In this document: positions 25,690-36,886 of the stretch, in pieces
Layout of the letters: every line of letters starts with the position of its first letter
How positions within the stretch are numbered: position 1 is the stretch's first letter
Origin: Antedon mediterranea
Taxonomy: Eukaryota > Animalia > Echinodermata
Reading direction: 5' to 3'
Length of the DNA: 64,000 bases
Assembly: GCF_964355755.1 (NCBI RefSeq)
Contig: NC_092670.1
Coordinates: 11,704,795 to 11,768,794 of the forward strand
The notes under the pieces: generated by a model
Database searches by the model: none
Told to the model about the DNA's origin: nothing
The model's input: the letters and a program-made list of their open reading frames with translations, nothing else
Position numbers and translations under genes: made by a program

Positions 25690-26010
25690 ATATTTTTACA
25701 AGAATTAAGTGAAATCCTTAACATGTCAAAACGTACTGATATTCTAATTAATGACACTGCACCATTATTATACGCAGACGATATAGTTTTGTTTGCAGAT
25801 ACTGTAAAGGGTTTACAGAGATTAATTAAAATACTGTCTAAATAATTGTGACGATTAGGGACTTATACTGTAGTTAATAATTATAGAACAAACAAAAATA
25901 ATAGTATTTAAAAATTGGTTAAGATTTTGAACAAAGGTTTTATAAGGAAAATTCCTTACAAATTCTTTTAAATATTTAGGTATAGTTTTAGCTCTTACGG
26001 AAGCGTCAAA
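25690..26010 (+). mobile_element. Decayed LINE RT fragment
   Basis: LLYADDIVLFADTVKGLQRLI and FKYLGIVF, with frameshifts. Confidence 0.7.
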
Positions 26011-26479
26011 AGTGCCATCCACTTGGCGGCGTGTGTAGATAATTTATCTTATCAAGTTATATCGATAAAGATGGTGTCATGGCAAGATACATTATCTTGT
26101 CAAGTATCATGTAGTTTTATGCATATTTGAGTTTTAATAGATTAATTTTAAAGTCACCTGAAATGTATCCAGTTTTGTTCTCATTATTGAGAATTCCAAG
26201 TTAGAAATGTTGTTAAATGAATTTATGTATAGTTGAGGAGGACGATTTTTTGGCCTAACCCCTATAGAATAATATTTTTTGGATGAGCGTGTATTTCTAT
26301 AAAAATGGATTCAGAGTCATTGGGAGATAAATTAGATAGATTAGTGCGAAGGTGTATTGAAATGTTGATGCAAATATATAGCAACTGATAGTTGGCGAAA
26401 CGTCAGGTAAATAAAATAATCGTTATTTACTATTACTATTACGGTTGAGATATAATTAACTATTATATTTTATTTGTAC

Positions 26480-26992
26480 GCTGTTGCTTACATGCTGTTC
26501 TTATTAATCGTGTAAGCTTATTTCTGTAGGTTATGTATTTGGTTTTATTAATCATAGTTGGTGTTTTTTTTTCTATTGTTTATACATTTGATTATACCTT
26601 TTTTTATCCAGGGTTTACAAAGTTTACGTTTGTTATATAGTTCTTGTCTTGGAGGTGAGTAATTGTATAAGGAAGAAAAGTGTTGAGAAAAATATTGCAG
26701 CATTCATTTGCTGAGCTATTTTGGCAGACATCGTCCCAGTTCATTAAGATAATCCCCAGAGATGCTATATTTTGATTGGTTTGTCTTTCTTGAGTAATGT
26801 TTTTTTTATTAGATTTTAAATTTTGTATTAGGTTTGAATGGGAATTGTTTGAAATTTCGAATACTGGAAAGTGATCAGTAATTTCGTTAAAAAGAATACC
26901 GGGAGTTATTTTTCAAGTCTAGTACAATAAATCAAGTGTAAAAATATATCAATAAGTGTAGATGTTTAGTGGTAATTCTAGTTGGTTTGTCA
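26480..26992 (-). mobile_element. Decayed CR1/L2-like LINE fragment (endonuclease end and linker)
   Basis: Minus-strand fragments KPTRIT, PGILFNEITDHFPVF, NWDDV, KPWIKKGI and YRNKLTRLIRTA. Cut at 26993 by the Harbinger-like unit. Confidence 0.65.
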
Positions 26993-27255
26993 AAGCCCCT
27001 TTCTCACAGATGTGCCTGCAATATACCGGTACAGTGCTGGCGTCGTGCCGGTATCGTTACCGGCATATACCCATTCTCATCGGACTATCGTGCCGGAAAT
27101 ATAACCGGTATATACCGGCTTTCTGTGAGAAAGGAGTCGGGCATATTCGGCCAATAAAAAGTCTCTGACAAAATAATTATTGAGGGCGTTCTTTATTGTT
27201 ATTATTTTTGTCTAGCGATGATATGGCGGCGAATGTTAAGTTACAGATTATTATC

Positions 27256-28512
27256 ATAGTCATAGTCATAGTCATAGTCATATATACTTTATTGTCCATT
27301 TAAAAAACAGAAATGTGATTTGAAAACTGGCAAAATACAAAAATATAAAATACAATTTACAAAAACACACACAAAAAGTTAAGAGGCTAAAAATTGTCAA
27401 AATTAGATAAAAATTATCGGTTACATTTTACCTTTGTACTCTGGAGTTATATAAGTGTATAGCATTAGGTAAAAACGAGCACCTAAACCGTTTTGTTTTG
27501 GTATTAAGTGCACGTAGTCTTATGCCAGAATTCATGAGAGCAAATTGTTTGTGAAGAGGATGTGTTTCATCATCAATGATACTTTTTACTTTTTTTAACA
27601 CATTTTCTTTATACAAGGATTCAACATCAGGTAAGTGCTCTCCTACTAGTCTAATTGCTCTATTTCCTATTCGATTAAGTTTAATTTTATCTTTTTGCAT
27701 TGTATTACCATAAAAACAAACATTACAAAAAAGTATTACACTGAGAATGACAGAGTTATAAAAGAATTTAAGTATAGTTTTGTCAATTTGTAGGTACTTC
27801 ATTTTTCTTAAAATAAACATCCTTTGGTTGGCTTTGCATGTGGCTTTATTTACATTATTTATCCAATTTAGCTTATTGTCAATTATACAACCCAGATATT
27901 TGTACTCATTTACTACTTCAATCTCATTTTCATTTATAATCAGAGGTTCTAAGGGTTCTTTAATTTTCCTAAAATCAATTTGCATTTTTTTTGTTTTCTT
28001 TATGTTTAGTTTCAGGTTGTTATTGCAGCACCAGTGATAAAAATCACATCCTAGTTGTCTATAGCTTGTTTCATCATTGCCAGTAATGTATCCAGTGATG
28101 ACTGTGTCATCTGCATATTTTACTATACAACATTCATTTGAATTGGCTCTGAAACTGCTGGTGAACAGTGAAAACAACATTGGGGAGATAACAGACCCTT
28201 GTGGCGTGCCAATGCTAACAGTTCTTTTATCAGATAAAATACCGTTTAGTTTAACATACTGGAACCTTTTTGTTAAGAAATTATATATCCATGAAGTCAA
28301 TGTGTCGTTTACGTTCATTTCTTTACGTTTGCGTACTAATGAACCAGGTTCAACGGTATTAAAAGCACTAGAAAAATCTATATACAAACATCTTACATAT
28401 GATTTAGGCACATCTAAATGTTGGTAAATATTATGTAAGTGGAAGAGCACAGCATCTTCAACACTTCTATTACTCTGATAGGCAAATTGGAGAGGATCGA
28501 GAAACAATTTGG
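27256..28512 (-). mobile_element. 5'-truncated Rex1/Babar-type LINE (RT ORF 27428-28507)
   Basis: [38 protein letters not shown]...RFRCSFLP. (GACTAT)n tail at 27256-27280. Empty site present in the duplicate copy at about 29322-29340. Confidence 0.9.
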
Positions 28513-29757
28513 TCTTCCTTTATAGCATATTTATGCAATACATGCTATGTACAGTATATTGTGCATATATTATACAGGTATAGCAATTAATTTGCCGTCA
28601 TCGGCAATCTGTAAAACACCTTAGAAGGCTGTAGGCTACAATTTACAAGGCGACGAAAGGTCAGGCACCAACATACAAAGAGCTAAGCCTAGCCTAGCGG
28701 CCTATATAGATTATGCTACAAATTTCTTCTTGTCCCCTTATTTTAAGCAGCTCTCCTATCTCATTATCCCTCCAGTTCGACATTATTATTGTTAATTGAA
28801 TTGAATAGGCGCCAAAGTGATACACTTGACTGCGCAAGGTGTCAAAGCCTCGACGGGGAACCCCGGAATATAACGGCAATACGTTCTCACAGAATGCCCG
28901 TCTGGCATTGCGGGGAATATCCCTAGAATATTACTAGGTCTAAAGCAGGTCATGTCGATGCCGGCATGGTGCCGGCATGATGCCTAGACGACCCGTTCTC
29001 ACAGAAAACCATACCGGCATGGTAATGGTATATTCCCGCAATATTCCTGGCACACAACTCTGTAGCTCCTTTCTCACAGATATGCCTGCAATATACCGGT
29101 ACAGTGCTGGCGTCGTGCCGGTATCGTTACCGGCATATACCCATTCTCATCGGACTATCGTGCCGGAAATATAACCGGTATATACCGGCTTTCTGTGAGA
29201 AAGGAGTCGGGCATATTCGGCCAATAAAAAGTCTCTGACAAAATAATTATTGAGGGCGTCCTTTATTGTTATTGTTATTATTTTTGTCTAGCGATGATAT
29301 GGCGGCGAATGTTAAGTTACAGATTATTATCTTCCTTTATAGCATATTTATGCAATACATGCTATGTACAGTATATTGTGCATATATTATACAGGTATAG
29401 CAATTAATTTGCCGTCATCGGCAATCTGTAAAACACCTTAGAAGGCTGTAGGCCTACAATTTACAAGGCGACGAAAGGTCAGGCACCAACAAACAAAGAG
29501 CTAATGGCCTAGCCTAGCAGCCTATATAGATTATGCTACAAATTTCTTCTTGTCCCCTTATTTTAAGCAGCTCTCTTATCTCATTATGCCTCCAGTTCCA
29601 CATTATTATTGTTAATTGAATTGAATAGGCGCCAAAGTGATACACTTGACTGCGCAAGGTGTCAAAGCCTCGACGGGGAACCCCGGAATATAACGGCAAT
29701 ACGTTCTCACAGAATGCCCGTCTGGCATTGCGGGGAATATCCCTAGAATATTACTAG

Positions 29758-29788
29758 GTCTAAACATGGAGGTATACCATGGTCTAAA
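29758..29788. mobile_element. Putative P-element-family excision footprint
   Basis: GTCTAAA-[CATGGAGGTATACCATG]-GTCTAAA. The paralogous copy has a single GTCTAAA at 28938-28944. Confidence 0.7.
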
Positions 29789-29824
29789 GCAGGTCATGTC
29801 GATGCCGGCATGGTGCCGGCAGCG

Positions 29825-30747
29825 ATTTTTTTTTTCGTACATAAGTTGGGGACCCCCTCATGAAACGTCACAAAATAAACATGAATAATTCATCAGTTAA
29901 ATTTTCTTGTTCCGTGTGCACCCAAGCGTATAGCAACAAGAAGTGATTACAGTAGTTTACACAAGTGCGGTACGATTCTAGGCCTATCTCCGCTGTGGTT
30001 GCCGCGTGCGATTTCATAATAGAATAGCGGCGTTTTGTGTGGATTGTCGAAATAATCAGCCTTTAGTTTATGGTGTGCTTAATATAATTTATTACTAAAG
30101 AATTACGTGTTAAAATTATAGTTTCTATTGATACTATTAGGCCTAATTACTATTCTCTAAACCCATGTCTATTCATGGAGGTATAACCTCCATGGTCTAT
30201 TCTAGTAGTAGCTGTGTTGGTGTGTGTGACGGTGTAGAGTCAGCAAAATTAAACAATAAACATTACACAAAAATACATTTTTTATTCTCGTGGGTCTAAC
30301 TTTCCCATCTCATGTGTTCATATACGCGCAGTTCCTTTGATTACATGCATATTGTTTGATAATAAAATAGCAGAATTAAAAAAATACATTACACAAATTA
30401 TACACATTCTTTATTCTTGTGGGTCTAAGCTTTCTTTGGGCTATGTCCAATGAATTACTACTTAGTGTAATGTCTTGCCTAGCTGTCGATTAGCCTCGAC
30501 TCGACACATTTTGCATAGTGGTGTGTGTGTGTGTGTGTGTGTGAAGAAGAGTGCGCGAAGGCAATCACGTGAATTGACTTAGAATCCTAGGCCTACTGTA
30601 AAAGTATCGTATCGCAGTTGTGTAATCACTTCTTGTTGCTATACGCTTGGGTGCACACGGAACAAGAAAATTTAACTGATGAATTATTCATGTTTATTTT
30701 GTGACGTTTCATGAGGGGGTCCCCAACTTATGTACGAAAAAAAAAAT
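29825..30747. mobile_element. Unclassified element with ~125-bp perfect inverted repeats ending in T10/A10
   Basis: 29825-~29950 is the reverse complement of ~30620-30747. The interior holds a short direct duplication and a (GT)n tract. Confidence 0.75.
30167..30201. mobile_element. Second putative P-element-family excision footprint
   Basis: GTCTATT-[CATGGAGGTATAACCTCCATG]-GTCTATT. Confidence 0.7.
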
Positions 30748-31719
30748 TCAATATTGAACTTGACCTATGTCAACAAATAAATAGTTAAATCATCAGACAG
30801 AACTTGAGACATGTAGGCTCTACTGTAGTTATTGTAGTTATATAATACATATTTAGATATTGAATATCTTGTATCCTATAGAATATATATATATTTATTT
30901 TTCTATCATTTTAAGAGGAAATGGCATTCTAAATCAAGTACAAATGCCGACGAACGAAATGATTGCACGAGGTCTGGTGATGGCATGCACATACCTCGTA
31001 ACTGCAGTAGAACATATTCTCTTATAGATCAACACAATTATAGAGTTCTCTATATAGAAATTCAAATACAAATCTTGTATTTTTTATTATTTAAGCGCAT
31101 TGCTTTTATGGTATAATAACTCTATGACCAACAAAACCTTCACATATTGTAAGGTTTTAAAACTGGAGTTCCGTGTACATATCTGGCTCATGTGCACTCA
31201 AAAGAAACAAGGTCATCTTTCAAGAGTGGATGTAGGTTCTGGTCCATTCAGCCTCTTTCGTTGTGGACAGACGAACGGGCGCCGTTTGGTGGAAGCACTC
31301 GACACGAAAGACACACATGGGAGTAGAAATTTGTTGCATGTGTTGTCCACATCAGTTAGGCTACAAGTCAAGCCACATTTACATTTCACATTTACATTTA
31401 CAAAATATACAAAAAACAAGCGATACGCGAGGTACAGCAAAAGAAGCTGTAATGACGTCATAAGACGGGGTGTGACGTCACACACAGTACACATCATTAA
31501 CCTCGCTACCAAATACGGCTATACGGTACCATCTTCGAGACGTCATATGGCTGCGTCCGGATTGAAATTTGAGGGATTTTTTATTCAGCGATTATTTACT
31601 CCATGATTATTCGCATAAATGGTGTGTCGATACCAATAATACTAATTGATAGGTATAGAAGGTTAAAATTCCAGACAAGTCCAAGTTTATATTTATATAA
31701 ATCATAAGGTTTTTAGTTT

Positions 31720-32128
31720 TTAAAGCTCCACATGTTTAGCGACCATAGGATAAATTCAACTGGCATATGAATGCTAAACATGTTTATCTAGTGACATGTA
31801 TACACGATCTTATAGGCTAAACACGTAACCAACATGTTTTAAAGCTCCACGTGTTTAGCTGATTATCCAGCAGCTCTACATGTTTAATTGGCCCATGCGT
31901 GGAGCTTTAAATTACTGCAGATATAATCCTATACAGGCAAGCTAAACGCTTGCTAAACGCTTGCTAAACGTGTTTATTCCTAAACATGTGGATAAATTCA
32001 ACACGTATGAGACACGTTGAATGCTAAACATGTGAAGCAATACAACACATCAGTCTACACGTGTTTATATTTTAAACACATACTTGTAGGTTAAACACGT
32101 TTAAAAGCTCCACGTTGTTTTTACAGTG
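31720..32128. repeat. Subterminal repeat array of a CACTG-ended DNA element (one end only)
   Basis: Recurrent AAAGCTCCAC(A/G)TGTTT and TAAACA(T/C)GT units ending in TTTTTACAGTG. Confidence 0.5.
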
Positions 32129-32159
32129 AATTCATTTCGAAGAATCTCAAATACTGATT

Positions 32160-32400
32160 AATCAACAATCACGCCTTTAAGTTTATACTCACAGGCAGAC
32201 TAAATCAAGATTGCCTTGAGAACTTATTTTCTATTTTCAGAGGGAGAGGGGGTCATCGCTATAACCCGATGGCAGATGAATTTAGAGCCTCCCTGAAGGA
32301 AGTTATGTGCAACAGGATATGTTAATTCCGTCAGGGAATTCGAATTGCCTAGAAGACACTGATCGACAGCTAAATGGAATTGATGCAATAATGATGGCCC

Positions 32401-32432
<32 letters not shown>

Positions 32433-33031
32433 ACGCCACAATCGCATCATGTTGCCGATCAAGAAGACAACGATGCCACCACTGACGACCACTGCTGCTT
32501 AGAAGACTTTGAGATGACTCAGCTAAATACTTTAGTATATGTAGCCGGTTACGTCGTCAAGAAAGCAAGTGTAAAGCGCAATTGCGATATCTGTAACAGT
32601 GCGATGCGAGAAACCAAACGAAAACTGGAAGACCCAAAGCAGTTCCTAACCCATTTTAAGTCTTATATGCCCATCAACCAGTACAACGACTTCGGAGGAT
32701 TAATTATGCCTACTGACAATGTAGTTAATGTCCTATCTATCTGTGAAAAGATTTTTGTTTCTAACTTTAACAAATACTTACATACATCAAACATCAGCAG
32801 AAAAATAAAGTTAAAAATCGCTACCATGTTACATAGATTTGGTATGAAGTTGAATGTTTGTTCACCAGCAATTGAAACATTGCTAATTGAAACGTACGTA
32901 AACCTACGCATATTCTATGCTGTTAAATTCTTCAACAGAGACATAATCAGTGATAAGAACAGGGAGTTGTAAATATTTTACTCCCTGATATAAGAAGAAG
33001 AGTAAAAAATTTATTAAAGTATCACATTTAA
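32160..33031 (+). pseudogene. P-element/THAP9-type transposase, C-terminal fragment, disrupted
   Basis: FKFILTGRLNQDCLENLFSIFRGRGGHRYNP (catalytic-E region), a frameshift at about 32305, then SNCLED...LVYVAGYVVKK...CDIC...FGGLIMP...YVNLRIFY. Confidence 0.85.
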
Positions 33032-34639
33032 GGTATGCCATAAAGTTGTAGGAGGTCTGTACGCGCCCCGGTCTGTGCATTATCGGCTAGAAATGATGAT
33101 CATTACGACGGTCTGATATGATGATTGAATAATTGTAAATATGATGATTTTATTTCAATGTTTCTACATTTTTTATATTTCCTCTGGGTGGCTCGTGCAT
33201 CATTTTGCAATAGTTATTGAGTTAATTTTAAACTGAGACTACTATAACATAACTAATTGTTATCTCAGGTTTTAAATAAATTATAATAACAAATGAATGT
33301 CATGGCGAATGATGGGTACATAATACAGTAGGCCTAGTATGAATTGTCTCAGAATTGACTATCATAATCTGTTTCATGTCATGACTGTAGGCTTAAGCCT
33401 GATTGTTTATAAATATATTCCTAAAAATTACTGCAATAAAATAGTCGAAGTAGTGATTTTAAAAAGTGACTTCTGGTTCTTTTTTAATTGTTTATAACAC
33501 ACTATTTGACTAATATATTTTCCTAATCTGTACTGTTTTGTTGCTGGATGAAAAGGAAGAACAAATCAAGAACAAAAACGGAATACGATGCGCTTAGTGT
33601 TGTTAATACCAAAGGGACCGACTCGCATAAATATGTAGTAGTGATGTGAGTGATGATTACTCCTAGATGATGATTTTGAGGATGATGATAAACATTCAAT
33701 AATAGCAACAATATTCAGTAATTAAAACAAATAGAGATATACAAAGTACAGGAAATAATTTATTATAATTTAATCGCACATTACCGCAATTATTGTGATG
33801 AAAAAAATTGAGTATTCAGTTACAATAATACAGTAGACATATCTGATCCATAAATCTACTTGTTTGAGCGAGAGGGCGCCCTAGAAAATGATAAGATCTT
33901 TGGTTAAAAGTACCATTTATGCAGACAGCATACACTTTATATTATAGTTATACTATTGACAGTAGCAGAATCGTTCTGTACGTTGTGGACCCGATTCTGA
34001 ATCATCTTTTCATTACAACATTCGTGGTTCAGGCAGACCTCATTGAGCACAGCTCTGGGCCTATTATCTAAACCGATACAAATAATTATATGCATTTCGA
34101 TATATTTTTCTGGGCGGAGAACCCTCTCTGCGAGTCGGGTTTTTGGCGTGTACGTGTGCCCATAATAATTATATCTCAATTTGTTTATGTATACAGTATT
34201 AATTCTACGATATGTTAGTTACGATTCTGTATAGATCTATAACTTTTATATACAGTATTATCGGTTAGTTTACAAGTATATTAATGGTGCGTATATACTG
34301 TACATAACAAATGGTGATTGCTAATTGTTAATGCTATAGATACAACAGGGACAGCCTTCGCGTAATGTGTAAGGTATTGGATGTAATATCAATACCCTAA
34401 TCTACTTATATATAAGGTGGCTGCCCCCTTTATTATTATTACATTAATTTTACATTATATATTTAGTTATTTTGTCATTTAATAATACTGTAAATGACAT
34501 TTTTCATCCATTTCGGTGTTTTGTTTCCTTTAATTGTTTTGTCCTGGCTGGACTCTGTTGACACAAAAAAACATTTTTCACCAAATAAAAGATGGGTTTG
34601 TGTCGATAGAGTTCAGGCACGTACAGACAAATATTTTTT

Positions 34640-34740
34640 TTTTATTATTGTATCAATGCAGCTAGAAATGTTTATGAAAGGGTGAAAAGAGCTATTGGGA
34701 GGCCTATAGATAATACCAACAATGCTATTTTTAGTCGCGA
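34640..34740 (-). mobile_element. LINE endonuclease fragment
   Basis: KNSIVGIIYRPPNSS motif. Confidence 0.55.
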
Positions 34741-36535
34741 GCACACTATGTCGGTTGGTTGGTCGGTCGGTTGGTAAAAACACTAACTTGAGCACGCTAC
34801 TGCAGCCATATTGTTGGTAACAGATTCTATAATAGCATGGCTTCGTATAGAAGTCATGCTGATGATATCGCATAATTATACACAAGTCAATTGTATGTCA
34901 GTTTAGATCATAGGTCGGAGGATGATTTATCTGCTGCTACACACAAACTTACTGGGTGCATTGATGAAATACGTCTATGGATGGTTAGAGAAAAAAAAAA
35001 CAAAAAAAACAGAGCTCTTCCTGATTTTAAGCAATAGCCATATTCAATCTTTATCTCACCTTAATTTAATCAAAATGTGCTATTCTAGACTGGCTTATGA
35101 GTTATTGTTTGTATTTTTATGGCACTGATCATATCTATCTTAGTAGAAAACTCTCTTCTAGACTTACTATCTATACGCAAAAGAATATTTTTGTATTCCA
35201 AAGAAACTTGACACGTGTGTTTCCTTGTTTATTTCGTCTCCATGACTACTTGTTGTAGCTAATATCATTTATGTTGCCAGTGTGTTATACAGTAATTTGA
35301 TATTTGGATACATGACAGTCATAAACACTGGACACTAAACACTAACGGGGAAATCTATCAATTACATTTGAATTATGAGTAGTGGAAAAGAAACAAATGG
35401 AAACACAGGCGTTGAGGCAATCACTATTTCAATTCACGGAACGGCAAACGATAATACATCGGGTGAAATAAGATGTGGGGCAACCAAACGTTTTGTCTTT
35501 CAAGATGTAAAGCAACAAGATAGGTCAGGGTGCAAATCCTGGATTGAAGAACATATTATGGCCATTATTGTAGGAGCAGTTATGTTAATATTAGTAGTTG
35601 TTGCAGTCACTGTCACGTTGTGTCTTCTTTCCATTGACTCAACTTCCACTGGTAAGTACTTCATAAGTACTTCAACATGGTCGCCCACGACCGGTAAGCA
35701 CCTCCGACGGGGCGCTCCCCTGTGGGGTACGGTGAAAAATGTCTTCTACTTTAATAGTGACCACCACAGGTGAGTATAAAAGGACAAAAACAGGATGAAT
35801 CCTGTTTGTCCCTTGGAAGCACTATGCCGATCGTGAGCGACTCAGTAGGCATAACAAAATAGTATTTTTTAAAGAAAATTGGCCTGTCTTCAACATTATG
35901 ATGCTGTACTCGAGCAGTTCAACCGGTTTTCAGCTATTAAAAACAATTATCGTAGGAGGAGATAGGAAAATGCGAAGCGTCCTCGTATTATTGTGTGCGG
36001 GTATTTTTCAAGTTGGACATCCATTAGACAGTGTATACCACGATCGGAAAACACCCCTATTTGGGGCAAATCGTTGAACCTAAATTCGTTTTAATCGTCA
36101 ATAACTAATTATCTAACTCAATTTAATTAGTAAACAGAGTTACATCAGGCGGTTAAAATCAGTACCAAAAGTACGAACCAACTTTATATACCATCGAGTA
36201 AAAATTCTAGAAGTAAGGCGCGATTTACCGAATTTTGCCCTTACGTAAATTTATATATAGATAAGGGTACGTGATCTAGTATCTCTTTTCGAGTTCGTTA
36301 TTATTCTAACTATTAATTTTTGTGACTTATGTAGTTTCTTCAATTCAATGTGCTGGGTATTCATTTGCCCATATAATGTTTCTATATTGAAGATGTGGCA
36401 AGATAAGAGCGTTATAATATAGATTTATTAATATATGTGTAAAGGAAAAATATTTTTACTTTGCAGATGATACCAAAGGCCTTAGAAATCTCATTACATA
36501 TATATTTGATGTGGGGTTTCCAGCTTAAATTTTGT

Positions 36536-36886
36536 TTATCTCTTAGTTTTAAATATAGATATCTTAGTTTTAAATAGAGATATCTCTATTAATAGAGATA
36601 TCTCTGTTAACAGAGATATCTCCATTTAAAACTAAGATATCTCTATTAAAAACTAAGATATCTCTAATTAAAACTAAGATATCTTAGTTTTTAATGATAG
36701 AGATATCTCTATAAATAGAGATCTCGATTATTAGAGATATCTATATTAAAAACTAAGATATCTTAGTTTTAAATAGAGATATCTTAGTTTTTAATAGAGA
36801 TACCTTAGTTTTAAATAGAGATATGTCTATTAATTAGTTTTAAAGATATCTTTATTTCTGAATAAATGACAGCTTGGCGCGCCATA
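36536..36886. repeat. Array of palindromic AGATATCT units, likely the interior and end of a non-autonomous element
   Basis: Repeated AGAGATATCTCT and AAAACTAAGATATCTTAGTTTT in both orientations, ending ...GCTTGGCGCGCCATAC. Confidence 0.75.

Larger units (their letters stand above)
26995..29820. mobile_element. Tandemly duplicated (~810-bp unit) Harbinger-like element carrying a Myb/SANT-like coding remnant
   Basis: Copy 1 is 26995-27255 plus 28515-~29066; copy 2 is ~29067-29820. Near-identical, with TTTCTCACAGA/TCTGTGAGAAA subterminal repeats. Minus-strand remnant MSNWRDNEIGELLKIRGQEEI. Confidence 0.7.

Noticed and set aside
26380-26410. CAACTGATAGTTGGCGAAACGTCAGG resembles the 3' half of a Penelope-type minimal hammerhead ribozyme
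   Set aside because: The required upstream CUGANGA core is missing, so it is at most a dead remnant.
31100-31606. Overlapping ORFs of 168, 99 and 66 aa, one Cys-rich
   Set aside because: No recognisable domain or convincing exon structure. Probably transposon interior.
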